64,000 bases of DNA from Eledone cirrhosa (lineage: Eukaryota): the NCBI GenBank assembly GCA_964016885.1, contig OZ024740.1, positions 90,644,001 through 90,708,000 of the forward strand, written 5' to 3'. Each line of letters starts with the position of its first letter. Position 1 is the stretch's first letter. The notes beneath the pieces are model-generated. The model worked only from the letters and a program-made list of their open reading frames with translations. It was not told the DNA's origin and searched no databases. The translations under genes were made by a program, and so were the position numbers. Below, in pieces: positions 16,247 through 31,322 of this stretch.

Positions 16247-18286
16247 ATTTTACATAGTTGTTTGTTTGTTTTTCTTTATACATTTCATTAATTCTGTAAG
16301 AAGATCCTATATGAATGAACTTATTTATCAAGTTATTGCTAACTTCTACTTGATAATATTCTCTGGTTCGTAATATATACGGCTAGTCTCCTTCTAACAA
16401 AAAAAACATAAAAGCATTGGAAGGGATATAATTGACTACATACCTTGAAAATAAACCACATGCATTGTTTCCTGGTGTAATTCAGCTCAAAGAGAATGTA
16501 TAGAATCATAATAAATCTTTATTATGAAATAACCACATACAAAAGTGTCAAATGATCCTCTACAGAAATATTTCGTCCAGAATTAGCCGTTGAAACGGCT
16601 TGAGCTCAGCTGTCGGCGTCCTACTCGTTCCTATATATATATATATATATATATATGCCATTAAATGTAAAGGATGCAATGAAGATTATATAGGACAAAC
16701 TAAACTCACACTCAGAAACGAATGACAGTTCATCGCCAACAATTACAAGATCCAACCACGAGACAGATACCACTAAGTGCATATCTAGACATTTGCGTAA
16801 GTAATAAGACACCCAAATTCCAAGTCTTCCCATTTTACATTTGCGCTAACAATACAAAAGAACAAATGCGAATAAATAAGGAAAATATGTTTATTCAAAA
16901 ATATAGACCAACATTAAATATGGTTTAATATACATTATGTCAACACCATAATATGACATACACACACACACATAACACCTTCTACTTTAGAAAATAAAAA
17001 CCCGAACTAAATAAACCTTAACATACGTTTGCACTGACAATACAACAGCAAACACGAATAAGTAAGGAAAATATGTTCATTCAAAAATATTCCTACTAAA
17101 GGAATCACTTTCCTACACACACACATACACACACACACAATATATATATACATATATTCTCTTCATCTTAACATGCTAACCATACTCCCACACACATAAC
17201 ACCCATACACACACATAACAACCCCCACACCCACAACTCCCTCCCCATTTCTACTAATAGAACCACTTTCCTACACACATATATATACACACACACAAAA
17301 TATATATTCTCTCCATCTTAACATACTCGCACACACGCACATAACATCCATATACACACACACACAACTCCCTCCCCCATTTCTACTAATAGAATCATCT
17401 TCCAATACACACACACACACACAGATACACACACACAAGAACACAAATAAACATACATATCTTCACTTCAATAGAAAATCTGAACTCTGACACCCCAGCG
17501 AACTAATCATATTCACTGAACCAGAACAATTCTCCCAATCCCATTTCTCTTGACCACTATCTTTCCATTGTCATAACATTCGCTATAAAGACTACAGAAT
17601 AGTTTTCCAAATAAGGGCGCAAAAATGTAATGAAAACTTGTTCACGTGACAGCCAAATTTCATTTATAACCAATCAAATCACGTTTATTAAAAAAAAGCC
17701 TTCGTGAGCCACCTTTTTTTAAAGTAAAGAAATTCAAACACACACACACACAAACGCACACACACACACAAGCACACAAATAAACACACATATCTTTACT
17801 TTCTTTATTCAATAGAAAATCTGCATTCTGACACCCCGCGAACTAATCATACTCACTGAACCAGAACAATTCTCCCATCCCTTTCTCTTGACCATTATCT
17901 TTCACTTATAAAAAAATTCTCTAAGAAGGCTACAGAATTGATTTCCAAATAAGGGCACACAAATTTAATGAAAATTTGTTCACGTGGCAGCCATAATTTC
18001 ATTTATAACCAACCCCAAAAAAGCCTTCGTGAGCCTCCTTTTTTCAAGTAAAAAGATATTCAAACACTCATATATGAAAAAAACAACCTGTGACAACCCC
18101 CCCCCCTCTTATTTGAAGAACTATTGTAACGCGAACTGGCGCGAAATTTATTATAATTATTGACAAACCAATCAAATAACTTCTCGAAAAACCTGGCATT
18201 TTCGAGCCACATTTTCCATATAAAAGAAGTAACATTCAGAGATCAACCAGATGTGAGAAAAACCACAGACACTCCATCTCAACTGA

Positions 18287-18324
18287 CCTTTTGAAAAGCA
18301 GAAGAACTGCGAAACCGGTAAAGG
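18287..18324 (+). ncRNA. Variant or degenerate HHR in the 5' pLTR (second copy 23260-23297)
   Basis: cctt TTGAAAA gcag-aagaa-ctgc GAAA ccgg TA aagg; all stems pair but the core deviates from CUGANGA; the 3' copy also has GAAA->AAAA. Confidence 0.65.
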
Positions 18325-18489
18325 AACCAAATAAATATATATATTTAAAAAAAAAATAAGACTCCAGTTGTATTTTCGATTTCATCTCTTTTTATTTATA
18401 ATTTCACTCGTGTAGGACACCTCGGTTATTTTTCATTTTGTAAAAAAAACCTCACTTTCTAATATATACCCACCACACAAAGACCGAAA

Positions 18490-21400
18490 ATGCCACCAAA
18501 GTCTCAACAAAACAACAACTCATTGAACCAGGACATCTTAAATGAACTCAAAGAGATTTCCTCTAAACTCTCAATTTTGACCAACAAAGTGGAACAAATA
18601 CACATCTATAAAACAGTACCCCACGAAGAAACAGAAAATACCCAAGAGACGAATATTACTCCAGTATTAACTAAGCTAATCGAAACCATTGAAACAGCAA
18701 TGCTCCAAAAGCTAGAACAACCGTTAGAACCCAATCTACGAGATGTCTACTCAGTGAAAAACACCTTAATCAACATATGGTCTCAAAAGCTCACATCCCG
18801 CAAATTCGGTATTTGGAAACTCCTAAAAAATAATGGCAAGGCAGACATATATGAAAAGTGGCTAAACTCTACCCCAATCATCCTCCCCAAAAAACTCCAA
18901 ATAAAACCCATCCCGAATGAACCAGAAAACCAACAAAGTCTTAGGGAAAAGAATGGCATTGGAAAAATGTTAAACATAAATAGAACTGTTGTGATTAAGA
19001 GCCAACTCCAAAGAAGAAAAATTCAAATCACTCGACCAACTGATGGACACAGAAATCTCAAAGCACTCTGAAGGCCTACTCTATAACAAACCCCTAAAAC
19101 TTTGGAAAGAAAACTGTGATGATGAAGAACTAACTTCCCTCCAGCGATGGGAAAAAAAACGCCACCTGGTTCAACAACTATGAAATGGACTTCAAAAATG
19201 AACAACATACAGGTAACCCATTTTTAAAACAAACTAAAACTCACACACCACATGCACAACAAATAACAAAAAAAGTAACAAAACGTCAACATACCCCCAG
19301 CAAAACTATAACGATAATCCCAGAAACCATAGACAAAACTATAACCCTACTAACAAAAACCAAAGATCCCCGAACACAAGGCAGGACCTGATCCGCAGAT
19401 CACAACCCACACAAAACCTATTCCAAAACCGTAGACCCTGCCCACACAGAGCCTGTTCAAAACCGTAGATCCCAACCCACACAAAAGAACAAAATCTACA
19501 ACCCGGACTATCAACAAACCGAACCTCAATACGCCCGAAACTTCTATACAAGACCACACAACAACAGGGGAAATACCATTAGATATAATAATACCATTGA
19601 AAAAACATTCCAGAAAAATCATTTTTTAGACCAATGCTGCAGGACTCACGACACCCGGTGGCACAAACCGATATTGAAAAACCGAAAATAATTAACATTT
19701 CAAATACAAACCTCTCAGCCCAACAAGTAAAAATTCTCTCCAAAGGTCTGAAATTCACACCAACACCACAATACCCTAACCCCAACGAGATAAATGACGA
19801 TATCTCACACTTCTGTAGAAAATTACGTCTCACAGAGGAATTCTTTGACAAGGAGAATAACGACGAATCAATTGTACGGAATAAAAGCAGCTACAACCCA
19901 ACAAAAGGTAGAAACAGAGTTCTGGACAAATTTTGTGACCACATAGCTACCGTCCCATACCATCAACTACCGCAACCTAAACCCAAACCCAACACGAGTC
20001 GAAGGGAATGGGAGATTATCCATGAACTAAAAAACAATACGGACATTATAATTAAGGAAGCGGACAAGCGAAGTACTGTTGTCATTATGGATGCTGAAAA
20101 ATATAAAAATTCTATGTTCTCTCTCTTACAAAATACTAATTACTATGAAAGAGTAAAAAACTACCAGGAATCAAAAATAATGACCAAATTAAACACACTG
20201 ATTTATCGATACCAGGAAGACCTAACTAAAAAGGAACGCGATTATCTAACAAATTTTGAATACAAAACCAGCAACCTTTACGGACTTCCGAAGATCCACA
20301 AGTGTAAAATAATCAACGATGCCTGTAAACAATCCACCTCAGCCTGCGTGAACACACAATACCCCACATACCTTAAATTAAGACCAATTGGAGCGGGCCC
20401 ACAATGTGAAACACACAGATTGAGCAACTTTATAGACATACTACTGAAACCAATACTGAAACACATACCAAGCCTTGTAAGAGACGATCTGGACCTCTTA
20501 AACCACCTCCCCAAACATGTCAACAACGACACTATTATTGTGTCTTTCGATGTAGTGAATCTCTACACAACGATCCCACGCCAATACGGACTAGAAACAA
20601 TAGGATTCTGGCTAGAGAAATATCCCAATGAGATACCTGACAGAATAGAAAAAAGCTTCATCACCGAGGGATAAAAATTCATCCTACAGAACAACTTTTT
20701 TGATTTCGATGGCAATACTTACAAGCAAATATCGGGGACTGCGATGGGTACAAAAGCCGCTCCAACTTATGCCAACTTAGTCATGGCATACTTAGAAGTC
20801 CAGATATATAAACAGTCCAAATCAAAATACATATTGAACTTCCACAAATATTTATCAGAGAATTGGAAACGCTACTTAGATGATTGCCTCATTATTTGGT
20901 CCCACACACTCGACCAACTGAAGGATTTCAAAAACTTAATAAACGGCATCAATAATCACATCCAATTCACAATGGAATACAGCCAAGATCAACTGCCATT
21001 TCTGGACATCTTAATCTTAAAAAAAGACACACATATCGAAACTGACATTCACTACAAACCAACAGATTCCAAACAATATCTGCTATTCACCTCCAACCAT
21101 CCAAAGCACACGAAGACGAACATTCCTTTTAACCTAGCAAGAATAATTTGCACAATTGTCTCCAATTATGAATCGCGAAATAAAAGACTTCAAGAATTAA
21201 AGGACATTCTACTCGAGAGAGAGTACCCACTATTACTAATAAATAATTGTTTCTACTTTTGGCACAAGGCCAGCAATTATCCCAGTACATTACTGGTACT
21301 TTATTTTATCGACCCCGTAAGGATAAAAGGCAAAGTAAACCTCGGCGGGAATTGAACTCAGATCGTAAAGGGACGTAGCTATGCTGGAAAGCATATCCTA

Positions 21401-22114
21401 CCCTCTGCCGATACTGCCAATTCATAATAAATAATGGAATAGAAAGGGCTAAAGCAATAGACATTGATGAATTACGGAAACAGAAACAAATTCAAGGTAC
21501 GTCCAATATTCTATCATATATCTAAACACACAACCCAAGAAATGCAGAAGCTTACGACACTACTCACAATAACATCCCACTACTAAAACAAAACCCAACA
21601 ATGAAAAAAGCCCTTGAAACATACAAAATAATCAAAAGCAAAAGACAACCAAAATCACTGAAAACATTACTCACCAATGCCAAATTACCTACTACAAACC
21701 CACAACCAAGTATAAAAAATGTGGTCGCTCTAATTGTGGAACCTGCACTCACCTCATTGAAGGCAACACGTATACATTTAAATCAGGACAAAATTTTTCT
21801 GTAAAAAATCATTTCACTTGCTCATCAAAAAATCTATTTTATGCCATTAAATGTAAATGATGCAATGAAGATTATATAGGACAAACTAAACTCACACTCA
21901 GAAACGAATGACAGTTCATCGCCAACAATTACGAGATCCAACCACGAGACAGATACCACTAAGTGCATATCTAGACATTTGCGCAAGTAATAAGACACCC
22001 AAATTCCAAGTCTTCCCATTTTACCTTTGCGCTAACAATACAACAGAGCAAATGCGAATAAATAAGGAAAATATGTTTATTCAAAAATATAGACCAACAT
22101 TAAATATGGTTTAA
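18490..22114 (+). pseudogene. Disrupted PLE polyprotein (N-terminal domain, RT, GIY-YIG)
   Basis: Several frameshifts and stops plus a SINE insertion; motifs as for the element. Confidence 0.88.
21248..21424 (-). mobile_element. SINE inserted into the PLE ORF, 11-bp TSD
   Basis: TSD taataaataat at 21237-21247 and 21425-21435; excision restores PLLLINNGIERAKAIDIDELRK. Confidence 0.93.
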
Positions 22115-22708
22115 TATACATTATGTCAACTCCATAATATGACACACACACACATAACACCTTCTACTTTAGAAAAAAAAACCCGAACTAAATAAACCTT
22201 AACATACGTTTGCACTGACAATACAACAGCAAACACGAATAAGTAAGGAAAATATGTTCATTCAAAAATATTCCTACGAAAGGAATCACTTTCCTACACA
22301 CACACATAGACACACACACACAACACCCTCCCCCATTTCTACTAATAGAATCATCTTCCAATACACACATACAGACACACACACACACACACATATATAC
22401 ACACACACAAGCACACAAATAAACATACATATCTTCACTTCAATAGAAAATCTGAACTCTGACACCCCAGCGAACTAACCATATTCACTGAACCAGAACA
22501 ATTCTCCCAATCCCATTTCTCTTGACCACTATCTTTCCATTGTCATATATTCTCTTCAAAGACTACAGAATAGTTTTCCAAATAAGGACGCAAAAACGTA
22601 ATGAAAACTTGTTCACGTGACAGCCAAATTTCATTTATAACCAATCAAATCACGTTTATTAAAAAAAAGCCTACGTGAGCCACCTTTTTTTAAAGGAAAG
22701 AATTTCAA

Positions 22709-22739
<31 letters not shown>

Positions 22740-23430
22740 CACAAGCACACAAATAAACACACATATCTTTACTTTCTTTATTCAATAGAAAATCTGAATT
22801 CTGACACCCCAGCGAACTAACCATATTCACTGAACCAGAACAATTCTCCCATCCCTTTCTCTTGACCATTATCTTTCACTTAACTCAAAAATTCTCTAAA
22901 AAGGCTACAGAATGGATTTCCAAGTAAGGGCACAAAAATTTAATGAAAATGTGTTCATGTGTCAGCCATAATTTAATTTATAACCAACCAAAAAAAAAGC
23001 CTTCGTGAGCCTCCTTTTTTCAAGTAAAAAGAAATTCAAACACTCATATATGAAAAAACAACCTGTGACAACCACCTCCTCTTATTTGAAGAACTATTGT
23101 AACGCGAACTGGCGCGAAATTTATTATAATTATTGACAAACCAATCAAATAACTTCTCGAAAAACCTGGCATTTTCGAGCCACTTTTTCCATATAAAACA
23201 AGTAACATTCAGAGACCAACCAGATGTGAGAAAAACCACAGACCCTCCATCTCAACTGACCTTTTGAAAAGCAGAATAACTGCAAAACCGGTAAAGGAAC
23301 CAAATAAATATATATATTTAAAAAAAAAATAACACTCCAGTTGCATTTGCGATTTCATCTCTTTTTCTTTATACGTTCACTTGTGTAGGACACCTCGGTT
23401 AGTTTTCATTTTGTAAAAAAACCTCACTTA

Positions 23431-23512
<82 letters not shown>

Positions 23513-23516
<4 letters not shown>

Positions 23517-26315
23517 ATAAAAGGTAAGCATTAAGAGAAGGATTTTATCCAGGTATTTACGACCGTTTCGTTAGTAAGTGCAGCCTTATATTGCTATACT
23601 GCAAATAGCAGCCATTCAATTATAATTGTTGTTTTCAGTCGAAATTTTCAAAATAGTGAGTAACTTACTCTTGAAATAATTCTTAATATATAGAGAAAAA
23701 CATTTATTTGGAATTGTATTTACCAGTGTAGAGAGGGAGGAATCAGAAGTTGAGGGGACAAACGGAATAGTATAGAGAGAGAGGGAGGGGGAAGGGGTAG
23801 GAAGTAGAGTGACAAATTGAGATGGAGAGAGGGGTAGAGGTGGAAGGATTCCTTGGTCAGTGTTGATAGCAGACTTCATATCATGGAATGTAGTGAGTTA
23901 AAGAGAATTAAATTGATCATAGTGGGAGGGATGTATAGAGAGAGAGGGGGGGGGGTTATGAAGAGATAAATATATATATATATAAAAAATAAAGATAGAG
24001 ATAATTAATGACATAAATAAAAGCAAAGAAGGGGGTGAGAAAGAAGAAAAAGAAAAATATAGCCAAGAAGGGGAGGGAAGGAAGGAAGAAAACGAAGAAA
24101 TAGAAGAGCAATGAGGGAGAAGAGGGGGATATATGTATTAGTTTTGTGGGTAATTAAAAGGATTTAGATACAACGAGAGGATATAAAGTCTAAGTATATG
24201 CAGTTTGTCAGTTGGTAGTAAGAGGTTAAGGGTTCGATTTGTAGTGCGAAATCTCTTTGAGTCTATGGTTACAATCAATTGATCTTTCGATTTTATTGTT
24301 GAGTAACTTATTCTTCGAACTCAAGATGTCGAACAGCTCAGGGTCGCATAATGGACAGCTTCTCATACCACTCCGATATGGGCGCGCGTTCGATAATTGT
24401 TTCCACTTCAGGGTGTATTGATGGCTACTTTTCCCCATTTGCCAGGTCTTGTTTGCAAAGGTAATTAAATAACGATGCTGGGAATGTTTCAATGCGTACG
24501 GTGTGTATACCAACGGGCTTGAAATGTATTCCCAGTCGCTCCGATGTAATACCATTTCTGGTTGTCTGATTCCACTGCGCATTGGTAAACCAGGTTAGAC
24601 TGCATACATTCATTATGTAACGGACAGGTTTCAGGTAGGTGGCAGATACAATTCTTGTCATGGGCAATTTTGGCTTTATTGGTGGGCTGCGATGCCTGCA
24701 CAAGTGTGTTACGTTTTGTTTTCCTATTAGCAGGTGGTTGTGTATTAGATATTATGTTGTGTTCGGTGGTGATTGTATTGTTATTGTTGTAAATTTGAGT
24801 TTTGGTGTTGATAAGTATCTTTTTAGCGTTAAGCATCTTAATGTGTGCCTCTATATTTGGTGCCGTGGAGTAAGATAGTCTAATAGATTTAGTGTTAAGG
24901 ATTTTTCTGTATCTATGTGAATCTTGAAAGTGCTTATTTATTATTCTAAAGAAGGTAGAGGGTAGCTTAGTATTAATAGAGGTGTTAAATATGGGGTTAT
25001 ACCAAATATATTTTCTACTGCGTGACTTGTTTGATTTCGATGTTGTATTTCTATTTGCCGTATACATTGCAGTTCTATGCGTAAGTGCGTGTGTGCGTGT
25101 GTTACCGGAGTTTGTGTTATGCGTGTTCGTGTGCGCTTCACGGAGTCTTACATCTATATATTTTACTCTATCTAAGTGGCCTGCCTTGTCTAATGCGGTA
25201 TTGTAGTATTCTGCATGTTCTTCAAAGATTTGTCGGTTAGACGAGAGGCGGGAGATCCTAAGGGATATGCTGCATGGAATGGATATAATTATGGATAGTG
25301 GGTGGTTTTAGTTACAGTTGATCTATGCTAAATGTTCATTAATCTTGTGAAAAGGACTTATAAGTCCCGTATTTAGCTTAAGCGTCGCGTCTAGAAAGTA
25401 AACTGTTTTAGTGTTATATTCATACGTTATGCTAAGGCCTATTTTCCCGAGAGTATTTCTAGTATTCTTACGGAGTCTTTCTATGCTCTGGTTATTTAGG
25501 TTCTTAACTAGGAGAAGGGCGTCGTCTCTGTAGATTCCACCGTGAAGGTCGCTAAACTCACTTTGAAAACTATGGGCTATGTAAATGCCTACTAAATCTG
25601 TGACTTGAGCCGAGTCGTTAGCCCCCATCGTGATGTCAAAGTTATTTAATCTATCCTTAGGCATTTTCAAATTTAATTATTGTTTTCCTAGCAGCTAATA
25701 TGATGTTTATCTCGTCGTCTGTTATATCAGAATTGGCGTTGGCGAATGCTAAGGCTTTATCCAAGGTGTTGGGAGATATAGATGAGTAATACTCGTTAAT
25801 GCTAAATTGTATAAATTTAGATACTTCTTTGTTAGCTATATTGTTAAACCACTTAATTGTTTCGGTAGCGTTACACCATAGTTTAATCACTAGTGTATTA
25901 TTCATTTGTGCTATCACTCTGTCTAATATATGTTTACTAATTTTCCCGATGTCCGATTTGGACGGGCATATAAGTCTAATTGTGGGGTTATAATCAACAT
26001 TTACCTTGTGGTCCTTGAGGATAAATGTGGGGGTACCTGGCCTAAGTGGCTCCCTTCTGTCGTCTATTCCAAGGTGTTTGACTATATTATGTGCCTCGTT
26101 GTTGATGTTTATCAGTGCCGCCTCATTAGTTTTTTTGTATTTCCTATGTAATTCCTTCCGTATGAAGCTATTGTATGTATTAATATCCATCGTATACACA
26201 TTTGATGTTTTGTCCGCCTTGACAATAATCCCATTGGTGGTTCGCAGCTTTTTTAGGAATGTATTTATGTCATTATGGAGTTTATTATTCCTCCGCTTTT
26301 TGAATTTGATATTCA
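23513..26315 (-). mobile_element. Hydra-clade PLE, disrupted, 5'-truncated at (TA)n, tail-to-tail with the Neptune-like element
   Basis: [62 protein letters not shown] (CxCx5Cx5C), YYIGAT, KW and CPLC. Confidence 0.88.
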
Positions 26316-26323
26316 TATATCTA

Positions 26324-26365
<42 letters not shown>

Positions 26366-26373
26366 AATATATG

Positions 26374-26443
<70 letters not shown>

Positions 26444-26461
26444 ACATGAATGTATACAGAC

Positions 26462-26516
<55 letters not shown>

Positions 26517-27122
26517 TGCACATTTTATTTCCGTTTACTTAGCTACATAATCGGTGCTCTTCTTTTATGCACCATGACATTTTCCATCGAATATTCTTCA
26601 TCAACCCTAAGTAATGAGGTATATAAACATTATATATAAAGAAATAAGGAAAGAGAATAAATAGAGGTTGATATTAATGGGAGAGAGATATGTGGGAAGG
26701 CAGAGAGAGAGACAAGCAGAGAGAGTGAGTGAGAGATAGAAAGATAAAGTGTCATCGATTAAGAGAGAAATATTGAGATTGTGAACGATATGCAAATCAA
26801 TAATGTATGAACATCTATGTTAGTCAAACAAAGCAAGATGTTCTATTAGATGAAGAGGGCAGGTGCTGCGGAATTCATTCTATATATTTTTCTAAAACGT
26901 AATGTATGCCGAATAAAAGATTATTATTTGGCGAGAGTACATTTAACTACTGAAGAAAACTTCATAGAAACCGTGTTCCTTTGTCATTCGTGTGGCCGTC
27001 GGACATGTGACAAACATAGTGAAGATAGAAATCACATTGAAATTTATATATGTAAAAATGGTGTGATCTTTCAAGACTAAAAATGAAGTTGCAATGACCG
27101 CATTGGTCTTACAAGATTAATA

Positions 27123-27330
27123 TCAAGTGGACTGTTGATTTCTACATGGGTGGTTCCAAATAACGATATCAGACCGGTTATGTTTGGTTTGGTGGCATAT
27201 TATATTTTTAGGTTCCAACTGTATTTTTTTTGAGCCGTCAGTCTCTATCGAATGGCCCACCTGAAAGGTGGCACTCAGCCTTTCCAGAAAACAAAAAAAT
27301 AACAAAGGCTCTATTATGTACAAAGGTGAA
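27123..27330 (-). mobile_element. Possible RLE (R4-type) non-LTR endonuclease fragment
   Basis: KHNRSDIVIW resembles the HNRPDIV motif. Confidence 0.35.
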
Positions 27331-27339
27331 CTAGGACAA

Positions 27340-28680
27340 AAACACCACGGTTAGTCGGTAGTAGATTACAAACATGATGTATGCGTTTACTACATCTGCC
27401 AGGATGTTCAGAGAAAGCTTCCTCTCGGCTCATTGCTGAGTGGGAGTGGCCAACCTTCTCGTTACCATATCCAAGTTTTTTGTCCATTTGGAAATCTGAA
27501 CTACCCAGACTCCGAGTAATTTAATTGGTCCGTCCGTCAAATACTCGGCGCCCTAACTGGCATGTACTTACCTTACTCTATGCCAGCCGCAGGACCACTG
27601 AGTTTTCCTAGTAAATGTTGCTCCTGTTGTCGCTTCATATGTTTCGAGAGTGATGCCGATCAATTCAATATACTTTTTGCTCGACACTACTGCGGTAATT
27701 TCGCCCGCATATGTAGACACGGATCCTTCACATCCTAGTTATCGTGGGATGCACTTCACAGTCTGCAATTTGTGTAGTAGTGGCTCGAACTTCAAGACGT
27801 AAAACAGAGGAGAGAGCAAACATTGCAGAAACAAGTGTATGAAGTTGAAGGGCTTTGAGAAGCAGCCGTTCACTCTAATCATTGTAAAGATGGTTGATGC
27901 TATCGAAAATGTTCCTCAGGCATCCTTTCAATGATGTATCGCATAATGTGGAGAATGTCGCGAATGGATCTATCCTGAATGGTCAATATTTCCGTTTCTT
28001 CTACTAGAACAACAACTGAAGCGTCAACCATCTCGCTTCACTACAGACATGGTCAAATTATTAAACTCAGCGTTTAGCAGATTTACGGGCCAGTAATTAA
28101 CTCTATGGCCCCTTTGTTCGGCACCATTCAGACCATTGTGGTAGGCACTGAAATCCATGATTCAATTCAACCCGTTATTACTCCCAAACTTTGCACGATG
28201 TGGCTCTGAAATTTCGCATGTATCTCCTTGGGATCGATTACCGTGTTCCCATCTTTATCCGCCAAGGATATATTTGTGGCGTTGAGGTCACGCTGCTAGT
28301 CCACCACAGCTAACTACTTTAATTTCATCGTATCGAAGAGCACGCACCCGTTCTCTGACATTACAGCCTTCGTTCTTCGCATTGAAGAATTTTTCGAGTG
28401 CCTATCTCGTTGAGTGAATGTCGACTGTGATGCTTCCTCTAATGGCCTCTTATTGATTTCTAAATATTTCTCCCTTAAATCTAGCTTTCTATAGCATTAT
28501 TTACTTATTATTGATTCTACTTTAAATGCCAATTCCGGGTGAAGCACCATCAGTTATTGACGATTACCCTTGTCAAGCACAGTTAACTAATTCACTAATC
28601 CGTCCTTCGTAATCTTCGCGTGCCGGGAATATCAAATTAAAGTCCCAGTTACAGGGTCGCTAAATTTGAAGCCTATGTGA
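27340..28680 (-). mobile_element. L1/Tx1-clade LINE RT fragment, decayed
   Basis: Minus-strand translations NYWPVNLLNAEF, DRSIRDILHIMRYII, RVNGCFSKPF..LSPLFYVLKFEPLL, STYAGE (YADD site), DGPIKLLGVW. Confidence 0.85.
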
Positions 28681-31322
28681 GTCAATTATGTATTATGCAC
28701 TCTGTCTAAACATACCATCTTGAATCAGAACGAAACAGGTTTAAACAAAAGAAAAAATCCTTTAATGTTATTGATGACATGATGATATCAATTGATGTAA
28801 ATTGGCATATGTTTCTGAAGCAAGGAAGGTAAACATTACATTCCGTGTCTTACATTTAAAATGCATGATTCAATAGTGCCTACATGTATATATATATATA
28901 TATATATAACCGCGCACGCGCGCGTGTGTGTGTGTGGTGGTGTGCGTTTGTGTGTGTACCTATTTATGTATCTTTGTATATATGTATATATATATATATA
29001 TATATGCATACATGGTTCTGTGTATGTTTGTGAGAATTTGATCATGTATTTGTTTCATACAAGATTATGTAAAGATTTTTGATATACAATATATATCAAG
29101 ATGGATTCTTTTCTTATGCATCATTCAATAAATGTAATACATGCGTAACATAACAACACTAAAAATTGAATTCCCATGAAACAAAGTAAATGCTGTTAGC
29201 TGAGCTAATTTCCACATATTAAACTGATAATAACATTGTTGCCAATATAAAGTACTATTAAATGTTGGAATTTATTTTTTCTTATATGTAAAACACATTT
29301 TCGTTTAGCAGCTTTCTTATATCTTATTATTCCATTCCTTGTGGAGACGTTAGAATTGTTGAAGATAAAGAATTGCATCTCTTTATCTCAAGATTACAGT
29401 TTTCAATAGAAATTGATGATTTTTTGGCTGAAAATGGAATTTCTATAATCGGCTTCAGATGCAAATAACATTGAATAATATTGAATATGGACAGGTAGAG
29501 ATTACTTACATTGCATGTATACTTTACTTTCGCAAGAGAAATTATTATGTAATCCTTATCAAATAATACAAAATAATAATGAATAAAAAAACAAAATTAA
29601 TCATTTGAAGCATGTATCAACGTAAGCCCTTTCCATATATAGATTTATATTATATATGTTTATTTAAATTTATAACAAAAGAAGAGAAGCCTTTAAAACT
29701 TTGTTTTTGATATACGATTAAATGACTTTTTTCCTGATGTCGTAATACGTTGTGAAATTGTTGTTTTCTTTTATTTAGAATGAGAATAGCAATGCGTTTC
29801 TATTGAAATTAATACAATTCCACTTGGGAAGTTAGTAAACTATTTTAGAAGAATATTTATCTGACTTTGAATACCAAATTAGACCTGACATTTTGAATTA
29901 ATGTTAAATGACTGAATGTAGCATCATGCGTTACTTATCTCCTCTTTGTTTTGTGGTTATTTACTTCAGAATTTTTAGGAATGCAATAAAACTTGGACAG
30001 TTTTGTAAATGACAGGTGTTCTTGTTATTTTACTGAAGCTATGTTACCTAATTTAGTCATGCATATATATTTATTTTTTGTATTGTATACCTTGAATTTT
30101 AAACATAAAATGTTTACGGCATTATGAAATACCAATGTTGAATGGTTCTAGTAAGATATATACAATTATTTTTCTTAACAATCAGTTTCTTCCATAACAT
30201 ATTGTGCATTGCTTTATAATATAATGTGAGTAATATTATAGAAGTTAATATAAAGTTAATTATACATCTATTTAAAACACGTAAGAAAAAGTAAACGGTA
30301 TATATTAACATTGTTGAACACGGGTGTAGGCTAATTAGAATATAGACATGTGTCTGGTTATATAGAAGTCACAACAAAATAAAATATGATGTATAATTTT
30401 ATATATCTGTATGTAATGTATATTATATAATATAATGGGGAATGACAAATACTTTCAATTCGAGGTGAATATGGAAATAGGTTGAATGTCAGGAAAATAA
30501 TTTATTAGCCTAAAACATGAAAGTGATTCGAAAACTATTGATTTTATTGAAGCAAGTCTGATATATTATCAATATTCTTTCTTTACGAATTTTCACCTAA
30601 ACAATATGTTATACACCTCCTGCAATTAAGATGTGCCTGGGCATTTTCGTTGTATTGTTTAGCAGTAATTCGCCACATGCGTGTGTGCCATCATCTGCGT
30701 ATCTTATTCAAAGTAAATGTAATATTATTTAAAAACTACGAAATATCTGGATATTCTCATGTCTATTTCGTCTTGAGGTCCTGCATCAGATAAATAAATG
30801 TACAATAGCTAATCAAATAGCATCATCAAGAAACAAGTTTAAAGCCATTGCTCCAATTTAATTATACTAATGTATTTATTTTCTCGAACAATTCCTAATA
30901 TCATTCATCAAGTAAGTAATGACGGATGAGCAATCTCCCAAACTAAAGATGGTTGGACACAACGGATGTATTTGCCGAAGCTGTGACATGCAAATAAAGA
31001 AATCTAAAACAGTTGACGTTATAACTGGAATGACATCAGGTTCATTGATAATTGTATTGATATAGGTGTGGTGGGGCATCACAACAATACAATATTATGA
31101 CAATATTTCGACTCGATTACAGATATTGTCAGAATCATTAGATGTTGTCAAAACAGACCATTATGTATCTTTTTCATAAATTTCACCCTAACAAGTTCAA
31201 AATATGTTGAAAAGATTCAAGACAACCACTGTATAAAGACTATAAAATGCAGGCAATCAATTGAATGTCCCTGAAATGACTGAAATAGGAAGAATCCATA
31301 TGCTCAAACTGTATGTAATAAT

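Larger units (their letters stand above)
16655..23436 (+). mobile_element. Near full-length Neptune-like PLE with direct pLTRs (16655-~18468 and ~21841-23436), inserted in (TA)n
   Basis: ORF pieces 18490-19071, 19634-20674 (LSKGLKFTPTP, LYGLPKIHK, SFDVVNLYT), 20744- (GTKAAPTYANL, WKRYLDD, LPFLD, KPTD); Cys linker KCGRSNCGTC; EN YAIKC..C..DYIGQT; TA arrays on both flanks. Confidence 0.93.

Noticed and set aside
21852-21864. In-frame TGA within the CxxC of the GIY-YIG domain, possible selenocysteine as in some Naiad PLEs
   Set aside because: The 5' pLTR copy reads GGA (Gly) at this position and the TGA does not replace a Cys, so it is a simple nonsense mutation.
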